NCBI GenBank assembly: GCA_963748625.1
Contig: CAVVJT010000007.1
Span: 384,001-448,000 of the forward strand
DNA from: an uncultured Chloroflexia bacterium
GTDB taxonomy: Bacteria > Chloroflexota > Limnocylindria > Limnocylindrales > CSP1-4
Reading direction: 5' to 3'
Length of the DNA stretch: 64,000 nt
Shown piece after piece: positions 24,625 to 34,500 of this stretch. The notes beneath the pieces are model-generated. The model had not been told where the DNA came from, did no database searches, and worked only from the letters and a program-made list of their open reading frames with translations. The position numbers and the translations under genes were made by a program. Every line of letters begins with the position of its first letter. Position 1 is the stretch's first letter.

Positions 24625-27600
24625 ATGACCAGGACTCCGATGCGTCCTCTGTCCACTCCCCCGCGGACTGCCCGCCCGTCCGGCATTGTCGCCGTGCTCA
24701 CGGTGGTGGCGGTCCTGCTCGGCGCCTGCGCGACGCCCGTCCCCACACCTGGCACGACGACACCACCCGCATCCCCAGGCGCCGCCCAGTCGACACTACC
24801 GCCGGCAGCAGACGCATCGCCCGGCATCACCCCGCTGCCGACCGAGCCGCCCGCCACGGGTTGGAAGCGGCTCGACATCGCGGTCCCCCAGCCGTCCGCT
24901 CGCCTTGTGGCCACGAGGGCCGGCGCCGCGAGCGTCCACCCGGCCACTGCGTTCCACCTCACGAGCGTCGGCGGTGAGGCGATCAGCGGGCTCGCCGCCC
25001 GTCTCCGCACCGAGCCACGCCTCGATCTGCAGGTCGACCGGGTGGATGGCCCGACGGCGGTGCTCCGGCCCGCGGCGCCGCTGCGCCAGGGCACCGTGTA
25101 CCGCTTCGAGCTGGAGCGCCCAGACGGCTCCGTCGAGGCCGCGTGGGCGGTGCAGGCCGGCTGGCCGCTCCACGTCGACACGATGCTGCCCGGGGACGGC
25201 GCGCAGGACGTGCCGACGACCACCGGGATCGAGATCACCTTCGACCAGCCTGGCGTCAGCACGGCCGCGCTCGCGGACCACGTGAAGATCACGCCGGTCA
25301 CGCGGGGCAACTGGGTGGTGCGTGGCCACACGCACGTGTTCATCCCCCGATCGCCCCTGAAGCGAAGCACGCTGTACACCGTGACCGTGCGCGCCGGGGT
25401 CCGCCAGACCGGGACGGGCATGCAGCTGGAGGAGCGGCTGGTCACGAGGTTCGAGACGAGCGGGACGAAGGCCCCGAACGTCCACATCACCTTCGGGCGT
25501 GCGCTGTACGACGCGGACCCCGCCGACCGGCCCGCTCTCGGGCTGCGGATGTGGTCCGAGGACGAGGAGGGCGACACCAAGAACGTCCGCCGGCTCGCCG
25601 TGAAGGTCCACCGGCTGGCGGGCCTCCAGGATGCGCTGACCGCGTGGCGGCTCGTGCGCGGGGCCCCCGACTGGACGTGGTCCGGGACCACCCCGGTGAA
25701 GACGGCGTCGCTGCCGCTCGTCATCGAAGCCAGGGTGCCGCTCGTCCGTGACGGGCACAGCGAGGAGGCCTACTTCCGGCTGCCTCGACGCCTCGGGGCC
25801 GGCTGGTACGTCGTGGCCATCACCCACGCCGGCGTGAGCCGCCAGGCGATCCTCCAGGTCACGCCGGTCGCCACCTACGCCATGGCGACCACCTCGAGGA
25901 CCGTGGCCTGGGTCAACAACCTCGCCAGCAACACCCCGGTCGCGGGGGCGCGCGTGGCGGTCGATGGCCAGCTCGTGGGCACCACGGATGGTGACGGACT
26001 GGTCGTCGCACGCACACCGGCGGACATCATCGAGAGCGAGGCTCGCGCGACCCGGGACGAGGAGGAGGCCGAGACGCACGTCGCGGTCGTGCGAGCGCCC
26101 GCCGGGACAATGTTCGTGCCGCTCGACGATGACAGCTGGTGCTGGTCGTGCGGCATGTCGGGCGCGTCCTCGTGGACCCTGTTCACGCTTGACCGGGAGC
26201 AGTACCGCCAGACCGACACGATCAACGCCTGGGGCGTGGTGCGTGACCGGACGGATGGCTCGGTTCCCGACAAGGTCCGCCTGACGCTCGAGGTGTCCGA
26301 CGAGCTGGCCGGCCAGGGCGCCGTCCCACCGGTAGCGACTGCGACCGTCACCCCCGACTCGACGGGCAGCTTCCTTGCCCGGATCCGCTACGCCGATCTG
26401 CCGCCCGGCAACTACCGGGTGCATGCCACGGCCGCCGGCGCAACCATCGCCGACTACTGGGTGCGTATCGGCCCGATCGCCAAGCCGTCCTGGAAGCTCG
26501 ATCTCACCGTGGACCGGCACGCCGTGATCGACGGGGAGCAGGCAACCGTCACGGCCTCGGCCGCCTTCTACGAGGGCACGCCCGTCGCAGGTGCGTCGCT
26601 GCGGTTCAGCACGGGCTCCTGGGACGAGGAGGGGACATCCAGGCCGACGACGTCCGCCACCGGCGCCGACGGCGTCGCCGGGATGACGCTGGCCTTCCGG
26701 ATTGGCAGCGAGGAGGGCCAGTACGGCCCGACCACGGCGTACGTCCGCGGCGAAGAGCCCGAGGAGGCCGAGATCGCCGCCGAGCAGCCCGTGATGGTCT
26801 TCCGGTCCTCCGCACTGCTCGACGCGGAGCTCGACCTGCGCGGCACCCGCCTCGTGGCGACGGGCGCCGTCCACGCAGCCGACCTTGCCCGCTACGAGCA
26901 GCCGGGGATCGACCTGTACGAGGTGGACCCCCGGGGCGCCCCGATGGCGGAACGCCGCGTCACCCTCGCGATCACCGAGGTCACACCCGTACGCCACAAG
27001 GTCGGGACCCGCTACGACTTCATCGCCAAGCGCGTGATCACCATCTGGAACGTGTCGCAACGGCGCAAGCAGCTCGGCCGGTTCAATGTCGTCACCGAGG
27101 CCGACGGGACCTTCCGGCTGGTCGTCCCGGTCAAGGCCGGGGAGCACAGCTATGAGCTGGTCGCCACCCACGCTGACGACGCCGGACGCCGGATCCACGC
27201 AGACGCCGAGGCGTACGACGACCACGACTGGTACGCCCAAGGCGGCCAGGTGGTGTCCACGGGAACAACCAACGACGAGGGGGCCGGGGAGTACGGGATC
27301 GGGGAGCGCGTGAGCGTCCGCTTCGTCAACGGGACCCGGAACCCCGAGACCGAGCGGTACCTGTTCCTCGTCCTTGCCCGCGGGCTGCGCAGCTCTGCCA
27401 TCCAGGCCGGACCCTCCTTCAGCACCCGGTTCGGCAGGTCGCTGCTCCCCGACGCCCACGTCGGCGCTGTGCGCTTCACCGGCACGGGCTACGAGGTGGC
27501 CGTCCCGGGCTTCACGGCGGCGTTCCGGGCGACGGATCGCCAGCTCACGGTCCAGCTGACGGCTGATCGCGCACGCTACGAGCCAGGCGGCAAGGTCACC

Positions 27601-29727
27601 GTCGGGGTCCGCACGCTCGACGGCAACGGACGTCCGGTCGCGGCATCGGTCTTCCTGCGGGCCGTCGATGAGAAGCTGTTCACGATCGGGGCGGCGCGGC
27701 AGGACACGCCGCTCGAGTCGCTCTACGAAGGCACCACTCCCGGCATGCTCGGCAGCGGCGCCTCGCACAGCGCGCCGGGCAGCGGATGGGGAGACGGCAA
27801 GGACACGACGGGAGGCGGGTCTGGCGACACCGGCCGGTCCGACTTCCGCGACTGGCTGCTCGCAAGCCTCGTCCGCACCGGCGCCGACGGCCGCGGCTCC
27901 GTCTCGTTCGACCTCTCGGACGACCTGACCTCGTGGCGCGTTCTCGCTTCCGCGGTCTCCGCCGACCTCGAGGCGGGCGCCGGCAGCGTATCCGTCCCGG
28001 TGGGCCTGCCGCTGTTCGTCGAGGTCGTCCTCGCCCCCGAGTACCTGGCCGTTGACCGGCCGGTGCTGCGGCTGCGTGCCCACGGCACGTCCCTGTCCGC
28101 GGGCGACCCGGTCACCTTCGAGGTGTCGTCGCCCACGCTGCCGCTCGCGCCCGTCTCGGTGCCGGGCCTGGCGTTCGAAGCGGCGTCGCTGGCCCTGCCG
28201 GCCCTGTCCGAGGGCACCCACAGCATCCGCGTCGCCGTCAGCGCCGGCACAGGCGCCGCCCGGCGGATCGATGCCCTGGTGCGCACCTTCCGGGTCGTCG
28301 ACACGCGCACCACGCTGATGCACACCGCCTCCGGGACCGTCGAGCCTGGCACGACGGTTGGCGGGGCGGACGGCACGACCGTGGTCACGCTGGCCGACGG
28401 CGGGAGAGGACGCGTCGTGCCGGTGCTCGACGGGCTCGCAGCCGCGGACCCGTTCCGCGCCGACACGGCGATCGCCGCCGCGATCGCCCGCGACGTGCTC
28501 GCGTCGGCATTCGCCCTGCCGGACGACCCAGCGCTCGGCGAGATCGACCTGCTCCGCTTCCAGGACGGGAGCGGCGTGTCGGTGATCCCGTACGCGTCCG
28601 CCGGCCTTGAGCTCAGCGCGATGGCTGCGTTCTCGGGAGACGAGCATCTCAACCGGTCCCAGCTGGCCGGCTACCTGGGCGCCTACGAGAGCGAGCGGGA
28701 CGGCCAACTGCCGCCGACCAGCCGCCTGTACCTGCTGCTCGGACAGGCGTCGATCGGACAGGCGTCCATCGGCGACGTGATGCTGGCCGCGACCGACGAG
28801 TCCCTCACGCCGTCCCAGGTCGTCACGGTTGGCCTCGCCGCCCTCGCGGTGGGCGACGATGCCCTCGCGCGGACCCTCTACACCCGCCTCCTTGGACGCT
28901 GGGGCGAGCGGCAGGGCCCGTGGGTCCGCGTCAACGCCGGCAACGCGGAGACCACGGCAGTCACGACCGCCCGGGCGGCGATCCTGGCAGCGGCGCTGGG
29001 TGATCCGCTTGCGGTGTCGCTCGATGCCGAAGTGGCCGTGCGTCCCCCGCGCACGACGACCGTCGCGCTCGAGCAGGCGATCGCGGCGCGCTACTGGGCC
29101 GCTCGCCAGCCAGCGGTGAACGCCACGGTCGCAGTGACGGTCGACGGCGAGCGCCGCGAGGTCACCCTGGCCGGCGGCCTGCCGGTGCGACTGGAGCTGA
29201 CGCCGGCGCAGCGTGCGACCTTCCGCCTCGACCCGGTCTCGGGCGCGGTGCTCTGGTCGGCTCGCTGGGACGGCCCGCTCGCTGCAGACGACCTGCGAGC
29301 TCCTGCCGGCCTGTCCGTGACGCGCACGGTCACCCCGGCGGGCACCATTCCGGCGGTCTCCACGGTCATCGTCACACTCGACGTGACCGTTCCAAACATC
29401 AAGGGTGCCGACTGCTGGCGTCTCGTGGAGCTCGTGCCGTCCGGCCTGGCGCCCGTGGACTCCGCCGGACGGTGGGAGGAAGCGGAGGACGAGGGGCAGG
29501 GACCGGGCCCGGGCGTCGTACAGCCCTCGCAGGTCACCGGGCAACGCGTGGAGTTCTGCACGGCCTACGACCCGCAGCGGCCGGTCCACCACCTGCGCTA
29601 CCTGGCACGGGTCGTGACCCCCGGCGACTACCGCTGGGAGGAGGCGTCCATCCAGGCGGTGATCATCCCCGACGCCGGCCTGGTGCTGCCCGCCTTCGAC
29701 GTCTCCATCGCGAACACGGGCTCGTAG
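24625..29727 (+). CDS. Alpha-2-macroglobulin-like lipoprotein 2 (thioester-less)
   Basis: Lipobox VLLGAC; TTGIEITFDQ; LDREQYRQTDTINAWG; ADRARYEPGG; RSDFRDW...DDLTSWRV; YLARVVTPGDYRWE. Confidence 0.88.
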   Translation: MTRTPMRPLSTPPRTARPSGIVAVLTVVAVLLGACATPVPTPGTTTPPASPGAAQSTLPPAADASPGITPLPTEPPATGWKRLDIAVPQPSARLVATRAGAASVHPATAFHLTSVGGEAISGLAARLRTEPRLDLQVDRVDGPTAVLRPAAPLRQGTVYRFELERPDGSVEAAWAVQAGWPLHVDTMLPGDGAQDVPTTTGIEITFDQPGVSTAALADHVKITPVTRGNWVVRGHTHVFIPRSPLKRSTLYTVTVRAGVRQTGTGMQLEERLVTRFETSGTKAPNVHITFGRALYDADPADRPALGLRMWSEDEEGDTKNVRRLAVKVHRLAGLQDALTAWRLVRGAPDWTWSGTTPVKTASLPLVIEARVPLVRDGHSEEAYFRLPRRLGAGWYVVAITHAGVSRQAILQVTPVATYAMATTSRTVAWVNNLASNTPVAGARVAVDGQLVGTTDGDGLVVARTPADIIESEARATRDEEEAETHVAVVRAPAGTMFVPLDDDSWCWSCGMSGASSWTLFTLDREQYRQTDTINAWGVVRDRTDGSVPDKVRLTLEVSDELAGQGAVPPVATATVTPDSTGSFLARIRYADLPPGNYRVHATAAGATIADYWVRIGPIAKPSWKLDLTVDRHAVIDGEQATVTASAAFYEGTPVAGASLRFSTGSWDEEGTSRPTTSATGADGVAGMTLAFRIGSEEGQYGPTTAYVRGEEPEEAEIAAEQPVMVFRSSALLDAELDLRGTRLVATGAVHAADLARYEQPGIDLYEVDPRGAPMAERRVTLAITEVTPVRHKVGTRYDFIAKRVITIWNVSQRRKQLGRFNVVTEADGTFRLVVPVKAGEHSYELVATHADDAGRRIHADAEAYDDHDWYAQGGQVVSTGTTNDEGAGEYGIGERVSVRFVNGTRNPETERYLFLVLARGLRSSAIQAGPSFSTRFGRSLLPDAHVGAVRFTGTGYEVAVPGFTAAFRATDRQLTVQLTADRARYEPGGKVTVGVRTLDGNGRPVAASVFLRAVDEKLFTIGAARQDTPLESLYEGTTPGMLGSGASHSAPGSGWGDGKDTTGGGSGDTGRSDFRDWLLASLVRTGADGRGSVSFDLSDDLTSWRVLASAVSADLEAGAGSVSVPVGLPLFVEVVLAPEYLAVDRPVLRLRAHGTSLSAGDPVTFEVSSPTLPLAPVSVPGLAFEAASLALPALSEGTHSIRVAVSAGTGAARRIDALVRTFRVVDTRTTLMHTASGTVEPGTTVGGADGTTVVTLADGGRGRVVPVLDGLAAADPFRADTAIAAAIARDVLASAFALPDDPALGEIDLLRFQDGSGVSVIPYASAGLELSAMAAFSGDEHLNRSQLAGYLGAYESERDGQLPPTSRLYLLLGQASIGQASIGDVMLAATDESLTPSQVVTVGLAALAVGDDALARTLYTRLLGRWGERQGPWVRVNAGNAETTAVTTARAAILAAALGDPLAVSLDAEVAVRPPRTTTVALEQAIAARYWAARQPAVNATVAVTVDGERREVTLAGGLPVRLELTPAQRATFRLDPVSGAVLWSARWDGPLAADDLRAPAGLSVTRTVTPAGTIPAVSTVIVTLDVTVPNIKGADCWRLVELVPSGLAPVDSAGRWEEAEDEGQGPGPGVVQPSQVTGQRVEFCTAYDPQRPVHHLRYLARVVTPGDYRWEEASIQAVIIPDAGLVLPAFDVSIANTGS

Positions 29728-29780
29728 GCGCGGCCGCCCGCTCGGGGAACGCCCCGGCTGGCGACAACGGGAGAGCGGCG

Positions 29781-30318
29781 TCAGCGCTCCAGCAGGCGCC
29801 GCTCCGTCGCGCGCATCGCGGCCTCCTCCTCGGGTTCGGCGTGGTCCCAGCCGCACACGTGGAGGACGCCGTGCGTCACGAGGAGGCGCAGCTCGTCCCG
29901 GGCGTCCCACCGGACGTCGCCGGTCTGGCCGCCGCGTCCGGCCTCGGCCTGGTCCACGGCCCGCTCGACGCTCACGATGATGTCGCCCAGGTGCGTGCGA
30001 ACGCCCGGGGGCATGGGGAAATCTGGCGCGCCGTCGGTGTCGTCGGCCTTGCCCGGGTGCGGCGGGTAGGACGACGGCGGCAGCATCGGGAACGAGAGCA
30101 CGTCCGTGGGGCCGGGCTTGCCCATGTGGGCCTCGTTGAGCTCCTCGAGCTCGGCGTCGTCGGCCAGGATCACGCCCAGCGAGGCGGGCGCGGGCGCGCC
30201 GGCCGGCGTCCAGCGCCGCGGCAGCGGTCCGGGCGAGCACGGTGTCGGGAAGGAGACGCGCGACCCCGTCACGACGCTCGATGTCGATCCGCCAAGGTCC
30301 GAGGTAGTGGCTGCGCAT
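29781..30318 (-). CDS. ybeY: rRNA maturation RNase YbeY (one frameshift near 30205)
   Basis: ELNEAHMGKPGPTDVLSFP, LGDIIVS, HGVLHVCGWDH. The natural N-terminus (MRSHYLGPWRIDIERRDG...) is in another frame. Confidence 0.88.
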
Positions 30319-30371
30319 CCGTGCACGGTACGCCGTTGGGCGGGTCGCGCGTGGCGTGCGCGGTGGCGACC

Positions 30372-31337
30372 TCAGCCCGGGACGATGTGCGTCCCCGTCT
30401 CACCCTTCACGGCGCGGGAGATGTTCTCGGGCGTCGTGATGATCGGCGCGCTTGCCGCCCGCCTCCAGGTACCAGACGGCGGCCTGGATCTTGGGCGCCA
30501 TGGAGCCCTTGGCGAAGTGCGCGCCTTCGGCGAGGTAGCGCTTGGCCTCCGACACCGTCATGCGGTCGATCCACTGCTGGTCGGGCTTGCCGAAGTTGAG
30601 CGCGACCTTGTCCACGCGCCGTCGAGATCAGGAACAGGTCGGCGTGGATCGTCTGGGCGAGCAGGCTGCTGGCGTAGTCCTTGTCGATCACGGCGGCGAT
30701 GCCGACGTACTCGCCTTCGCCCTTGTCGACGACCGGGATCCCGCCCCCTCCGACGCTGATGACGACCACCCCCGCGTTGATCAGCGCCCGGACGGTGTCG
30801 AGCTCGACGACCTCCTTGGGCATCGGCGAGGCGACCACGCGGCGCCAGCCGCGGCCGGCGTCCTCGACCACGGACCAGCCCATCGTCGCCTCGCGCCGCC
30901 TTGGCCTCCTCCTCGTCCATGAACCCGCCGATGGGCTTGCTGGGGCTGTCGAAGGCCGGGTCGTCGCGGTCCACGAGCACCTGCGTGATGACGGTCGCGA
31001 CGTTGACGTGGATGTCGCGCTTGAACAGCCAGTTCTGGAGGGTCTGCTGGAGCGCATAGCCGATCGCGCCCTGGCTGTCGGCGCCGCACACGTCGAGCGG
31101 CAACTCGTGCATCCCCTCGACCTTGTGGGCGATCTCCGAGCGACGGAGGATGAAGCCCACCTGGGGCCCGTTGCCGTGCCCGATCGCCACCCGCCACCCC
31201 GCCGCGATCATCTCGGCGACGTGCGCGGTGGTCTCCTTCGCGGCGAGGTACTGGTCCTCCACCGTCTGGTGGTCCTTGTCGCGGATCAGCGAGTTGCCGC
31301 CGATGGCGACGACGGCGATCCTGCGCGACCGACTCAT
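30372..31337 (-). CDS. arcC: Carbamate kinase (about 3 frameshifts, probably sequencing errors)
   Basis: VAIGGNSL, HGNGPQVG, PSKPIG / EDAGRGWRRVVASP, GGGGIPV, AVIDKD / GSMAPKIQAA / KGETGTHIVPG* across successive frames. Confidence 0.9.
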
Positions 31338-31450
31338 GCGTGCTCTCCTCCGCGGTCACCGGTGCCCGGGCGGGCAGCGTGGACCCTGCCGGCCTTCATG
31401 ATGGCACCTCATGGTTGCATCCCGAGCCCGCTGCGAGGCGGTCAGGGCCG

Positions 31451-31480
31451 CGCAACATCGTGGTGACGGGGCACGTCTCA
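31451..31480 (+). promoter_or_regulatory. ECF-sigma-type promoter candidate upstream of A2M-like gene 3
   Basis: CGCAAC-N17-CGTCTCA, 84 nt before the ATG at 31535. Confidence 0.5.
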
Positions 31481-31534
31481 CCGCCGGTCGACAGGCGCAG
31501 CTCCCTCGCGCCCCGGCCACCTGGAGACACTCCG

Positions 31535-34500
31535 ATGCGCGATGCCACCACGCGGCGTCCCGTGCGTCTCGCTCCCGTCCTCTGATCGCCACGGCACTTG
31601 TCGTTGGCTGCGGGAGCCCTGCGCCCAGCCCGACTACCACGCCAGCAGTCCCCGGCGAGCCCTCAAGCCCGGATCCGAACGGGCAGCCGTCGGCGGCACC
31701 GGGCGTCCCTCCTGCACCGTCCCCACCGCTCGATCAGCCTCGTCGGGGCGCCCGACGCGGACGGCTGGTCCGCCATCGCCGTCGCCGAGGCTCCGCCGGT
31801 CGCGACCCTGGAGCCGCTGAGCGCGGGGGCCGGGGCGGTCGCGCGCGGACACCGAGTTCCGGCTGCGGAGCCTGGACGGGCGGCGATCCGGCGCAGCTGG
31901 CGCGGGCGCTCGTCGCGGAGCCGCCAATCGACGTTCGACGTCGTGTCGGCGTCGGGCGACACCGCGATCATCCGACCGCAGGGCGGCCTCGTACCGGCGA
32001 CCACGTACCGGATCGCCCTCACTCGCTCCGACGGGACGACGGAGGTGCGGCTGGGTCGCGAAGGCAGCCAGTCCCGCTCGACGGTCACCGACTCGGTCCC
32101 GGGCGACGCTGCCACGCGTGTCCCGCTTGGACACGGCGATCGAGATCACCTTCGACCAGCTCGGCGTGACCGCCGAGGACTTCGCCGCCCACTTCTCCAT
32201 CGCACCCGCGGTCGCCGGGCGGTTCGAGGCGCTCGGCAGGTCGATCGCCTTCCTGCCGGACCGCCCGCTCGCGAGGAGCACGCTGTACACCGTCACGGTC
32301 GGGCGGGGTCTCCCGCTGCCCGGCACGGGCGAGATCCTCGAGCGCGACATGGTCATCCGCTTCGAGACCGTGGGCAAGGTGCCGTCCAAGGTGACCGTCC
32401 GTTTCGTGCGCACGCATCGTCGAGACCTCCACCGCTGACCGGGCCCGGATCACCGTCGCGGTGGACGCGCCCTCGCGCCGCGCCGACGCCGCGCTCACTC
32501 GAGATCACCGTGCACCGCGTGCCCGACCTCGACGCGGCGGTCGCGGCGTGGCGTGCGATCGCTGCGCGCGCCCGGAGTGGACCCGCGTGTCGACCGTCGA
32601 GCCCGTGGCCACGGCAGGCCTCGAGCGGGTGTTCGCCGGCGCCGTCCCCCTCAAGAAGCTGGATGACTGGGGATCGAAGCTGGCTCACCGTGCCCAAGCG
32701 CCTGCCGGCCGGCTGGTACGTGGTCACGGAGCGATGGGCCGGCATCCCGCGCCAGGTGCTGCTCCAGGTCTCGGACCTCGCGACGTATCGCGCTGGTCGC
32801 GAGCGACCGGACCGCGGTCTGGGTCAACGACGTGCGGACGGGGAAGACGGTCGCGGGGGCGAGCGCGTCGCTGGCGGGCCAGGAGCTCGGCCGGACCGAC
32901 ACGCGCGGCCTGCTGGTGGCCGCACACGCCCGCGGCCGTCGCCGACGGCACGCACCGGCAGCGAGGCACTCCTCGTGGTGCGCCACGACGGCCAGGCGAC
33001 GTTCCGCGGCACCGGGATCGGCGGCGGGGAGGTTGGCGGAGCCGACCGACAGCGAGTACGCCGGCGGCTGGTTCGACGACGGCAGCTGGTACGGGGAGGA
33101 CTGGGGCTACGGCGGGTGGGGCAGCGCGGACGACGAGTGGTGGCGGCTGCTTCTCCACCGACCGGTCCGCCTACCGGTCCACCGACACCGTCAATGCCTG
33201 GGGCATGGCGCGCAACCGGGACACGGGCAGGGTGCCCTCGAGCCTCGTCGTGAGGCTCCGCGCATCGGGCGAGTCGCGTCCGCCCGTGATCGCCAGCGGC
33301 CGCGCGACACCGGACGCGAACGGCGCCTTCGCCGTGGCGCTGCCGGTCCGTGACCTGCCGGATGGCGACTACACGCTCGAGCTGGTGGCGGACGGGACCA
33401 CCATCGGCGAGCAGTGGCTCGAGGTGGTGGAGATCGTACAAGCCGGCCTGGCAGATGGACCTGACCACCGACCGTCGGGCCGTCATCGCGCCGGACACGG
33501 TCAGGGCGACCGTCCGCGCCACGTTCTACGAGGGGACACCGGTGGCCGGCGCCCGCATCGAGATCTCCGCCTACGGGGACGATGCGACGTCTACGACGGA
33601 CTTCGAGGAACGGTGGTCACCGACCTGTTCGGCACGGTCACCCACGGGTGTCCCTGGCGCCGGTGCCCGGCTGCCAGCCCTGCTGGGCCGAGATCGACGC
33701 CTAGCCCGACGTCCCCGAGGAGGCCGACTTCGAGGCGAGTGCGGTCGGTGGACGTGTTCGCCGCGTCGGCGGTGGTCGACGCCGAGGCGGCCCTCTCGGG
33801 CACGCGGCTGCGCGTGACCGGCACGGTCAGCGACGTCGATCTCGCGAGCGGTACGAGCAGGCGGCGCCCGGACGAGGAGGTCGACGCTCCGGGGCCGGGA
33901 CGTGCCGGGGCGCGTGTGCACCTGCGGATCGTGGAGCACTGGTCCGTGCAGCGGCAGACCGGGACGCGGTACGACCGCATCGACAAGAAGGTCGTGCCGG
34001 TCTACAAGACGGTCGACAAGCAGCGGACGGTGCTCGACCGAGTCCGTCACCGACGGCCGGCAACGGGACCTACGCGCTGGCGCTTCGACGTCGTCGGCGG
34101 CAAGCGCTCCTACGAGATCACGGCGTCCTACGTGGACGAGCAGTACGCGGACGACGCAGACGACCACCTGGGCCAACGAGGCCAGAGGACGAGGAGGACG
34201 ACGAGGAGGACGACCGACGGCGGTACGCAGCTGGTCAACGCGGACTCGCACGCGGACACGGACGGGGAGTACGACGGCTTGTACCGGGTCGGCGACACGG
34301 TCCGCGTGCGGTTCACGGGCGGCACGGCCAGCCCGTCCGTCCAGCGGTACCTCTACGCGATCGCGCAGCGCGGCCTGCGCTACGTCACCGTCGGCGACAC
34401 GCCGACGTTCCGCTCGACCTTCGACGAGTCGTGGCTGCCGGGCGCCTGGATCACGGGTGTCCGCTTCACCGGCGACGGCTACGAGACCGCCGTGAGCGAC

